DNA of 39,999 nucleotides from Calditrichia bacterium (GTDB lineage: Bacteria > Calditrichota > Calditrichia > Calditrichales > Calditrichaceae), in assembly GCA_027039465.1 (NCBI GenBank), contig JALWEA010000263.1, forward strand, positions 1 to 39,999. The letters are read 5' to 3'. A program made the translations under genes and the position numbers. Positions 8,860-17,167 of this stretch are shown piece after piece. The notes beneath the pieces are model-generated. The model was given only the letters and a program-made list of their open reading frames with translations. It made no database searches and was not told where the DNA came from. Position 1 is the first letter of the stretch; each line of letters begins with the position of its first letter.

Positions 8860-11800
8860 ATGCGACGTATTGCTTCAATTTTTCTAACATTTTTGCTCTT
8901 GGGGATGTTCTTAGGAGCAAAAACAGGATTTAGTCAAACCGTTCATTATGTGGCGGCCGGAACGGATGTATTGAAGGCAGCCATCGACGCTGCCGCTCCT
9001 GGCGACATTATCGAGCTAACCACGAGCGGCGGGGCTTATTTGTCCAACGATCAAATTGTGCTGGACAAAGATTTAACCATTCGGGGCGCTGAAGACATTG
9101 AAGCAAAACCGATTTTGGAATACATCGGTACTTCAACCGGCGCCTACATGTTTAAGGTGACCGGTTCACCGAAAATTGTTTTCCAAAATCTGGAATTTAA
9201 TGGCGACGGCACGGCGGATGGTGCGGCGGCCAAAGCCAAATATGCTTTGCGGTTGGATAACGGCGATTCCACCGGAACGATGAACATAACCGTTTCGGAT
9301 TGTAATTTGCACGATTTTAATGAAAAGATAATCAAACCATACAAACTGTGCGGCATCGATTCGTTGATCGTCAAAAATACCATTTTGCACGACGGAGCCA
9401 AAGAAGGCGTAACTCTGTATTCCGGTTCCACCAGCGATCCCGCCGTGTACATGAAGTACGCTGAATTCACCAACTGTACGTTTTACGGATTTGTCCGTGA
9501 AGGTATTAAAGGCGATACCAATCCCAATACCAAAGTGCGTGTGAATCATTGTACCTTTTACGATTGCGGCGGCAGCTCCAAGGGTATGATCTATTTTGAC
9601 GACATGACCGATGTGGAAGTGAAAAATTCTTTATTTGTGCACAATGGCTATTCCAGCTACTTCAGCCGCTTCGAATCGGCGGATAATCAATTCAATCACA
9701 ATGCGGTTTGGGACGTGAGCAGTTGGAAGGTCTCCAATGCCACCGTTTCCGATACGCTACATGCCGATCCCATGTTTAAAGATGCGGCCAACGGCGATTT
9801 TACCTTGGCGGATAATTCGCCGGTCTTGGGCCAGGCCGATGACGGCCACGCCATGGGCGACTTACGCTGGGATCCGCAATACTTGCAACCGAAAGTTATT
9901 CAGTTGGAAGCCGGTACCGATGTGCTTAGTGCGGCCATTTCTTCGGCCAACCCTGGAGATACGCTGGAATTGGTAACCAGCGGCGGAAAATATTTGTCAA
10001 CCGGTCAGATTGTAATCGACAAAGACTTAACCATCCGCGGTATGGAAGGATTGGAATTTAAACCGATCCTTGAATACGTCGGCACATCCACCGGCGCTTA
10101 CATGTTCAAAATTGTCAATTCACCCAAAGTAACTTTTCAAAATTTGGAATTCAATGGCGACGGCACGGCGGACGGTGCCGCGGCCAAAGCCAAATATGCC
10201 TTGCGCCTTGATAACGGCGACGTGAACGGCTCCATGCAGGTGCGGGTCATGGATTGTAATCTGCATGATTTCAATGAAAAAATCATTAAGCCCTACGCCA
10301 ACTGCGGTATTGACAGTTTAATCGTGCACAACACCACTTTTCACAACGGTACCAAAGAAGGCGTTACTCTTTATTCCGGGTCTTCCAGCGATCCGCAGGT
10401 AAATTTGGATTATGCGGAATTTTACAATTGTACTTTTTACGGTTTTGCCCGCGAAGGCATCAAGGGCGATACCAATCCCAATACCAAAGTGCGTGTTAAT
10501 CACTGTACCTTCTACGATTGTGGCGGCAGCTCCAAAGCAATGATTTATTTTGATGACATGACCGATGTTGAAGTCAAAAATTCATTGTTTGTGCACAACA
10601 GTTATTCCAATTATTTCAGCCGCTTCGAATCGGCGGATAATCAATTCCATCACAACGGCGTTTGGGACGTGGTTAGCTGGAAAGTTTCAAGTGCCACGGT
10701 TGCCGACACCTTTCATGTGGATCCTCTTTTCAAAGATGCGGCCAATGGCGATTTTACCTTGGCGGATAATTCACCGGTGCTGACGCTGGGTGATGACGGC
10801 GATGCCCTTGGCGATTTGCGTTGGGCGGCGCATCCGGGTCAATTCCGGTTGAGTGTTTATGTGAACGGCAACGGTTCCGTTAAAGCGGATCCGGCCGGCC
10901 CGTATTATGACCCTGGAACCGTTGTAACCTTAACGGCAACTCCGGCCGACGGTTGGAAGTTCACCGGTTGGGAAGGCGATGTGACGGTTTTTCCGCCGGA
11001 TAATCCGGTAGCTACGGTAACCATGGATACTAATAAAGTTGTGCGGGCCAATTTCGAAAGTCTGGCACCAAAACACACCGTCACGGTTGAAGTGGAAGGC
11101 ATCGGTCATGTGGAATACAATCCGGAGCCTTTGGAAGGAAATCGCTACGACGAAGGAACGCAGGTTACCTTGACGGCCGTGCCTGATTCGTCTACCTGGG
11201 AATTTGTCGAATGGACAGGAGATACTACTTCCACGGATAATCCTTTAACCTTTACCGTGATGAATGACATGAATTTGACGGCGCATTTTCGCAGTACATT
11301 GCCGCAGGTTACGCTGGATATCGATACGGTCGGTCTCGGCGGGGTCACGGTATCGCCCGAACCGATTTTCGGTACGTATGATACGCTAACCACGGTAATT
11401 CTGACCGCGACACCCGTACCGGGATGGGAATTCACCGGATGGACGGGCGATTTGGTCAGCACGGAAAATCCCGATACTTTGGTACTGAACGGAAACAAAC
11501 ACGTGATTGCCAATTTCGGCGAAATTCAAACCGGCACCCATGTGCTGGAAATCGACACAACCTGGGATTTACATGATGCGGTTGAATATGCTAATAATAA
11601 TTCGCATATCGATACCATCATGCTCATGACCACCGGTACGTACACATCAACTTCCACTGCGGATGTGGCCGTGCTGAAACCGGTAACCATTATGGCAAAA
11701 CCCGGCTTGCCGGAAAAACCGATAGTAACCAACAGTGATCCCGAAGGCGCCAATTTGGATATCTTCCGCGTTTTTGATGATTTTACTTTGATCGGTGTCC

Positions 11801-13077
11801 GGTTGGACGGCGGAAGTCCTAAGAGCCAGGGAATGAAATACGGCATTCGTCTGCGCAATTATTCGAACGGAGATACGGTACGTTGGGGTACCAATATTAC
11901 TTTAAAGGATTGTGATTTTGTAAATCTCTATCAGAAAAAAGATGTGAAGTACGGCGACGGTCATGCTTTCAAAATCGATAAGAACGTTCGTGCCGGTGTG
12001 GTTAAGATCGAAAATTGTACGTTTGCCAATATCGGTTACGAAGCCATTCGTATTTCGGACACGGAAAAGTGGCATACCGATCGTTCGGTGGATAGTCTGA
12101 TCGTGCGCAACTGTACATTCACCAACATCGATGCCGAGTGCGTGCGTTATTATTCGGACAAAGACACAACCACCAAAGATGCACCGGTTATTTTGGAACA
12201 CATTACGGTGAACGGTTCGGCCACACGTGCTTTCTACCTTAAAAATAGCGGCGGCGCTGTCGTGCGCGACATCATCATTGCCAACAGCCGACTTTCCGAT
12301 GTGGGACGCGATGCGGATTTGATGGATGCGCAGGGTAAAGGCACGGTCGTCAGCCATATTGATACGTTTAATGTGCGCGCCGTTCCCATCAAGTCGTCTA
12401 AAGGCGGCATGGTGGATACGACCACCGTTTGGGGCATCGATCCCAAATTCGAAGATGCCGCGAACATGAATTACACCTTAATGCCCGAATCCCATTTGTA
12501 CGGCCTGGCGCATGACGGTAAGGCGTTGGGTGATTTACGCTGGGCGACCAAGACACCCGTCAGCAAGTTACTGACCATCATCATTGAAGGAAACGGTAGC
12601 GTTGAACTGAATCCGCCGCCCGTGGGCAAAACTTATGATCCGAATACGGTCGTTCAAATGACTGCCGTGCCCGATTCCGGTTATGAATTTAAGGAATGGA
12701 AAGGTGACGTTACGGGTACGGAAAATCCGGCTTCGGTGACTATGGATGACAACAAAACCGTTACGGCCGTTTTTCAATTAGGTACCGGTATTGACGACGG
12801 CCAGAATGTCCCGTTAAAATATGCGCTTTACCAGAATTTTCCCAATCCGTTCAATCCTTCAACCACCATTGGATTCGATTTAAAAGAAGGCGGTCGGGTT
12901 ACTTTGGAAATTTACGATGTATTGGGACGTAAAGTGGCTACGGTTATTGATAAACGCATGAAAGCCGGTCGTTACAAAATTGTCTTCTACAGCCCGAAAT
13001 TGTCATCAGGCGTTTATTTTTACAAAATTAATGCCGGAAAATTTTCGGCTATTAAAAAGATGTTGCTGGTTAAATAA
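8860..13077 (+). CDS. Large secreted modular protein: signal peptide, two tandem beta-helix (DUF5123-like) modules, three InlB B-type repeats, a third beta-helix module, a fourth B repeat and a T9SS-like C-terminal domain
   Basis: GGAG RBS; NCTF/HCTFY Asn-Cys ladders. Modules end in DP.F.DAAN...TL...DG.A.GDLRW, B repeats read G.GSV...P...Y..GT.VTLTA.P..GW.F.GW.GD, and the C-terminus reads YALYQNFPNPFNPST...LSSGVYFYKI...KKMLLVK. Confidence 0.85.
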   Translation: MRRIASIFLTFLLLGMFLGAKTGFSQTVHYVAAGTDVLKAAIDAAAPGDIIELTTSGGAYLSNDQIVLDKDLTIRGAEDIEAKPILEYIGTSTGAYMFKVTGSPKIVFQNLEFNGDGTADGAAAKAKYALRLDNGDSTGTMNITVSDCNLHDFNEKIIKPYKLCGIDSLIVKNTILHDGAKEGVTLYSGSTSDPAVYMKYAEFTNCTFYGFVREGIKGDTNPNTKVRVNHCTFYDCGGSSKGMIYFDDMTDVEVKNSLFVHNGYSSYFSRFESADNQFNHNAVWDVSSWKVSNATVSDTLHADPMFKDAANGDFTLADNSPVLGQADDGHAMGDLRWDPQYLQPKVIQLEAGTDVLSAAISSANPGDTLELVTSGGKYLSTGQIVIDKDLTIRGMEGLEFKPILEYVGTSTGAYMFKIVNSPKVTFQNLEFNGDGTADGAAAKAKYALRLDNGDVNGSMQVRVMDCNLHDFNEKIIKPYANCGIDSLIVHNTTFHNGTKEGVTLYSGSSSDPQVNLDYAEFYNCTFYGFAREGIKGDTNPNTKVRVNHCTFYDCGGSSKAMIYFDDMTDVEVKNSLFVHNSYSNYFSRFESADNQFHHNGVWDVVSWKVSSATVADTFHVDPLFKDAANGDFTLADNSPVLTLGDDGDALGDLRWAAHPGQFRLSVYVNGNGSVKADPAGPYYDPGTVVTLTATPADGWKFTGWEGDVTVFPPDNPVATVTMDTNKVVRANFESLAPKHTVTVEVEGIGHVEYNPEPLEGNRYDEGTQVTLTAVPDSSTWEFVEWTGDTTSTDNPLTFTVMNDMNLTAHFRSTLPQVTLDIDTVGLGGVTVSPEPIFGTYDTLTTVILTATPVPGWEFTGWTGDLVSTENPDTLVLNGNKHVIANFGEIQTGTHVLEIDTTWDLHDAVEYANNNSHIDTIMLMTTGTYTSTSTADVAVLKPVTIMAKPGLPEKPIVTNSDPEGANLDIFRVFDDFTLIGVRLDGGSPKSQGMKYGIRLRNYSNGDTVRWGTNITLKDCDFVNLYQKKDVKYGDGHAFKIDKNVRAGVVKIENCTFANIGYEAIRISDTEKWHTDRSVDSLIVRNCTFTNIDAECVRYYSDKDTTTKDAPVILEHITVNGSATRAFYLKNSGGAVVRDIIIANSRLSDVGRDADLMDAQGKGTVVSHIDTFNVRAVPIKSSKGGMVDTTTVWGIDPKFEDAANMNYTLMPESHLYGLAHDGKALGDLRWATKTPVSKLLTIIIEGNGSVELNPPPVGKTYDPNTVVQMTAVPDSGYEFKEWKGDVTGTENPASVTMDDNKTVTAVFQLGTGIDDGQNVPLKYALYQNFPNPFNPSTTIGFDLKEGGRVTLEIYDVLGRKVATVIDKRMKAGRYKIVFYSPKLSSGVYFYKINAGKFSAIKKMLLVK
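8938..10824 (+). repeat. Intragenic tandem duplication with a 954-nt (318-aa) period
   Basis: Identical stretches at a 954-nt offset: ggcgataccaatcccaataccaaagtgcgtgt (9511 and 10465) and ttcagccgcttcgaatcggcggataatcaattc (9661 and 10615). GDLRW ends at 9870 and 10824. Confidence 0.9.
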
Positions 13078-13089
13078 GGCCATGTTATG

Positions 13090-13118
13090 AGAGCAGAAGC
13101 ATTGTCTTCTGCTCTTTT
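13090..13118 (+). terminator. Hairpin with short U-tract after the 1405-aa gene (partial terminator or mRNA-stabilising stem)
   Basis: agagcagaag-cattgt-cttctgctct followed by ttt. Confidence 0.65.
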
Positions 13119-13148
13119 CCACAATTATCCGTTAATAAGGAATATGGA

Positions 13149-13805
13149 ATGAGCAGAGAGGAAATTGTTACCAAAGCCGAACAGGCGGGTATTGTTGCTG
13201 TTATTCGTCTGCATGACGGCCAATCCGTTTTGCCGGTGGTTGATGCTTTGCTTGCGGGCGGGGTTTTTGCCCTTGAGGTTACGATGACCGTTCCCAATGC
13301 CATCGAATTAATTCAAATGCTTTCCCAAAGAAAGGATGATCGAATTCTTTTGGGGGCAGGCACGGTGGTAGATTTGGAAACCGCCAGGAATGTCATCGAT
13401 TCCGGCGCGGATTTTATTGTGAGCCCGGTTTTAATTCCCGAATTAATCCGTTTTGCCCATGAACATGAGAAACCGGCCTTTATCGGTGCCTTTTCTCCGA
13501 CGGAAATTTTCCAGGCCTGGCAACAGGGAGCCGATGTGGTTAAGGTTTTTCCGGCATCGCGCCTGGGTGCAAAATATTTCAAAGACATTCACGGCCCGCT
13601 GCCTCAAATTAAATTAACTCCTACCGGAGGCGTCAATCTGGAAAATGCGCAAGAATTTATCCGTAATGGCGCCAGCTTTTTGGGCGTCGGTACGTCTTTG
13701 CTGGACAAAAAATTAATTGCCGATGGCGATTGGCAAGCGTTAACGGAGCGGGCGGCCAAGTTCAAGCAGGCCGTTGAGCAGGCACATAAGGAATTGGGAG
13801 GATAG
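13149..13805 (+). CDS. eda: KDPG/KHG aldolase (Eda/KdgA)
   Basis: IVAVIR, LEVTMTVP, GAGTV, GADFIVSP, VKVFPA and PTGGVNLEN motifs. Confidence 0.93.
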   Translation: MSREEIVTKAEQAGIVAVIRLHDGQSVLPVVDALLAGGVFALEVTMTVPNAIELIQMLSQRKDDRILLGAGTVVDLETARNVIDSGADFIVSPVLIPELIRFAHEHEKPAFIGAFSPTEIFQAWQQGADVVKVFPASRLGAKYFKDIHGPLPQIKLTPTGGVNLENAQEFIRNGASFLGVGTSLLDKKLIADGDWQALTERAAKFKQAVEQAHKELGG

Positions 13806-14831
13806 ATGGAAAAGTCCTTTGTTACCTTTGGTGAAATCATGCTACGTTTGGCTCCTTTTAATAAAGAACGTTTCGTGCAAGCCGGTATTTTTCAAGCGAC
13901 TTATGGCGGTGGTGAGGCCAATGTGGCGGTTTCGCTGGCTCTTTTGGGGAATAAAGCGCGGTTTGTAACACGCTTGCCGGATAATCCGCTCGGGCAGGCC
14001 GCTTTGAATTATTTGCGCGGCTTTGGCGTAGACACAACTATGATCGTTAGAGGCGGGCCGCGTTTGGGCATTTATTTTTTGGAGCATGGCGCTTCCATCC
14101 GCCCTTCAAAAGTGGTGTATGACCGTGCGCATTCATCCATGGCGGAAGTACAACCGCAGGATTTTGATTGGGAGGTCATCTTCGGCGATGCCCATTGGTT
14201 TCACATTACGGGCATTACGCCCGCTTTGAGCCCTGTGTTAGCGGAGATTAGTCTGACGGCTGTGCAAAAAGCCAAAGAGAAAGGGCTGACGGTTAGTTGC
14301 GATCTGAACTACCGCAAAAAACTGTGGACGCGTAAGCAAGCAAATAAAGTTATGAGCAAACTGGTGCAATTTACGGATTTGATTATCGCCAACGAAGAAG
14401 ACGCTGCCGACATTTTCGGCATCGAAGCGGAAACAACCGATGTTACTTCAGGACATTTGGATGCGGAACATTACAAATCGGTGGCGCGGCAGCTTAAAGA
14501 AACAGGCAAAGCGGGAATGGTTGCCATTACGCTGCGCGAGAGCCTTTCCGCGTCCGATAATAATTGGTCGGCCATGTTGTACGACGGGCGGGAATTTTTC
14601 TTCAGCCGCAAATATGCCATTCATTTGGTGGATCGCGTGGGCGGCGGGGACAGTTTCGGCGCCGGATTGATTCACGGTTTAAATAAATTTTCGGACAAAC
14701 AAAAAGCATTGGAGTTTGCCGTGGCTGCTTCCGCATTGAAACAAACCATTCCGGGAGATTTTAATTTGGTCACGGAGGACGAGGTTCTGAATATTGTTAA
14801 AGGCGATTTATCCGGACGGGTGCAACGTTAA
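13806..14831 (+). CDS. kdgK: 2-keto-3-deoxygluconate kinase (PfkB family)
   Basis: TFGEIMLRL, GGGEANVA, DLNYRKKLW and VDRVGGGDSF motifs; the ATG directly follows the eda stop codon. Confidence 0.92.
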   Translation: MEKSFVTFGEIMLRLAPFNKERFVQAGIFQATYGGGEANVAVSLALLGNKARFVTRLPDNPLGQAALNYLRGFGVDTTMIVRGGPRLGIYFLEHGASIRPSKVVYDRAHSSMAEVQPQDFDWEVIFGDAHWFHITGITPALSPVLAEISLTAVQKAKEKGLTVSCDLNYRKKLWTRKQANKVMSKLVQFTDLIIANEEDAADIFGIEAETTDVTSGHLDAEHYKSVARQLKETGKAGMVAITLRESLSASDNNWSAMLYDGREFFFSRKYAIHLVDRVGGGDSFGAGLIHGLNKFSDKQKALEFAVAASALKQTIPGDFNLVTEDEVLNIVKGDLSGRVQR

Positions 14832-14840
14832 CGGGTTGGA

Positions 14841-17132
14841 ATGATTTCCATGATTTCTAAAAATCGAAATAAATATTTAGTAACGATTTTAATTGCCTTT
14901 CTCTTGGGGACATTGGGTGCCGCGGGAGCCGTCTTTGCCAAGGCAACGCCCAGGGACGATTTTTTCAAGCGTTTTTCTCTTCCCGATAACCGTTCTATTT
15001 TGCAGAATTTGATTCCGGCCAACGATACATTGAAATCCGTTAGGGCGCTTCCCGTGCAAAAGGCAATGCCGGAATTAATGCGCTATTTAAAACAAAAAGC
15101 GGCCACGCGCTATTATTTTAATTGGCGGAATTTCCGGGCACGGATTCAGGCCTATTTCAATACCTTCCCGCAGGAGAAACAGCGAACGCTGCGTTTGGCC
15201 CGCGAGATGATGGAACGTTTTCCGGCAAGTCCGGCATGGCAATTGCCTATGAAAGATCGCCACGGTCAACTTATTACGGCCTATCAATTCCGTCATTTAG
15301 CCAGGCAAAGTAAATTGCCGCAAGTGGTTTTAAGCTATTATCTGCAAAACAAAGAACAAGCCTATTTAAATTATTTTTTGAGTCAGGTGCGAAGTTTAAA
15401 CAAGGCGTTTCAGAACGGTAAAGTGGAAGAGGGCGGCAATGCCGTTTACGAAGTCTTCCGTGCCGGGAAACGGATGCACCACTGGCTTTTTGCGCATTTT
15501 GCTTTTCTATCCGATAAAAATTACACCTGGCAAGATCAGTTGTTATTATTGCGTACTTTTTTACACCATGGCGCTATTTTATTCGCGGAAACAAAAAAAT
15601 ATCATCCTGGCAACCACCAAACACGAGGCCTGGTAGCGCTTTTTGAAATTTCGGCTCTGTTTCCGGAATTTAAACCGTGCATCCAGTGGCGCAGGCATGC
15701 TCTTAATCTGTTACTTGAGCACATTAAAAATGAAGTCAATGCCGACGGCTTTCAGTTCGAGCGCAGCGAACATTATCACAAAGGCGATATTGAGAATTAT
15801 TTGCGGGTCTACCAACTTGCGAAATTGAATCATATTGTTTTGCCTGCGGAATTTGAAGAAAAATTTAAAGCCATGTTCAACGCCCTTGCCCAATTGGCTC
15901 TTCCCGATGGAAATTTACCGGTTCTGCAAGACGACACGGATGGGGGCTCGGATGTGGAAGCCGATTTAAAGGAGCCCATGGCCGTGGGCGCGATGGTGTT
16001 TTCCGACGGTTTGTTTCGCTACTTTGCAGGGGAAAAGTGGCCGCAAAGTTTTTATTGGTTGTTAACAAATAAACAGTTGCAAGAATTCAAAGCGTTGCCG
16101 AAACAAGCGCCAAAATACGGCTCATTGGCTTTGAGGCAAACCGGTTACTACGTGATGCGCGACGGCTGGGACAAGCAAAGCAATTACATGATTATTTCCG
16201 CCGGGTTGGAAAAGCGCAAACCGGATCATCAGCACGGGGACATGTTGGGCATAATCGGTTTCTCCCACGATACGATGGTTTTACCGAATTACAAAGTGCA
16301 TTACAATCATCCGGATTATTCGTACCTGAAGAATTCATGGGCGAAAAACGTGGCCTTGGTCGATAGCCAGACCCAGGGACGTGACTGGTTGGCAAATCGA
16401 GGCGGATCGGGATTCGGGAAGTGGAAAATTCTACCGGAGCCAAAGGTAATGTGCTGGCAAAGCGGTGATTCCATGGACTATTTTTTGGGCTCGCATAACG
16501 GCTTTTGGAATTTAGGCGTGCGTTATTTTCGGGACGTGCTGTTTGTCAAACGTCATTTTGGGCTGGTTGTCGATCGATTTCTGACTAACGGCAGGCATAT
16601 TTATCAACAGGTTTGGCAAGGGAAGTTTAAGAGAGTAAATGCTCGGCACCTGAGCCGAACATTGAAAGATGGCACAGAATTCCATCTCATTCAGTTGCGC
16701 AACGATGCCTTCACGGTTAACCGGCACCTTTTCGGCGAACATCAAAATAACGTCTTTCAAATTCCGGCTTCGGGTAATTACGATTTTATTACTTTGATTT
16801 TTCCCGGAGAATTGGTACAAAGAGGCGGTTCCGTTTTTGCAAGCAAAAGATTTACTTTCGAACAGGCAACGGAATGGAGTCCGTCGGCCAAGGTACAGTT
16901 TAAGTTGCAAGCTTTAATTCGAAAAAAACAGCAGCCTTATTTGTTGATCGGAGTCAACGCCATTCGTTCGGATAAGCAAGTTTTTTCTTTTACACAACCG
17001 ATTCATTTGCTGATCGTAAACAAACAGTCTCATAAACTGACATTGCGTTTTTACGGCAGCAAGCAATCGGCTTTTGAGTTTAACACGACTAAACCGCCCG
17101 CGTGCGGCGGACTCGTGCAGATTAAAATTTAA
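14841..17132 (+). CDS. Heparinase II/III-like polysaccharide lyase with signal peptide; PL family uncertain (PL12/PL39-like fold)
   Basis: GNHQTRG, DGFQFERSEHYH, GYYVMRDGW and DHQHGD motifs are typical of alpha-toroid plus beta-sandwich lyases. The start may be 14841 or 14850. Confidence 0.72.
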   Translation: MISMISKNRNKYLVTILIAFLLGTLGAAGAVFAKATPRDDFFKRFSLPDNRSILQNLIPANDTLKSVRALPVQKAMPELMRYLKQKAATRYYFNWRNFRARIQAYFNTFPQEKQRTLRLAREMMERFPASPAWQLPMKDRHGQLITAYQFRHLARQSKLPQVVLSYYLQNKEQAYLNYFLSQVRSLNKAFQNGKVEEGGNAVYEVFRAGKRMHHWLFAHFAFLSDKNYTWQDQLLLLRTFLHHGAILFAETKKYHPGNHQTRGLVALFEISALFPEFKPCIQWRRHALNLLLEHIKNEVNADGFQFERSEHYHKGDIENYLRVYQLAKLNHIVLPAEFEEKFKAMFNALAQLALPDGNLPVLQDDTDGGSDVEADLKEPMAVGAMVFSDGLFRYFAGEKWPQSFYWLLTNKQLQEFKALPKQAPKYGSLALRQTGYYVMRDGWDKQSNYMIISAGLEKRKPDHQHGDMLGIIGFSHDTMVLPNYKVHYNHPDYSYLKNSWAKNVALVDSQTQGRDWLANRGGSGFGKWKILPEPKVMCWQSGDSMDYFLGSHNGFWNLGVRYFRDVLFVKRHFGLVVDRFLTNGRHIYQQVWQGKFKRVNARHLSRTLKDGTEFHLIQLRNDAFTVNRHLFGEHQNNVFQIPASGNYDFITLIFPGELVQRGGSVFASKRFTFEQATEWSPSAKVQFKLQALIRKKQQPYLLIGVNAIRSDKQVFSFTQPIHLLIVNKQSHKLTLRFYGSKQSAFEFNTTKPPACGGLVQIKI

Positions 17133-17167
17133 ACATTGCCAAACACACAACAATCGGAGGGTGAATA

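Noticed and set aside
8938-10824. DGR template/variable repeat pair or assembly artefact
   Set aside because: Both copies are in-frame full domains, differences are mostly synonymous and not adenine-specific, and no reverse transcriptase is in the window.
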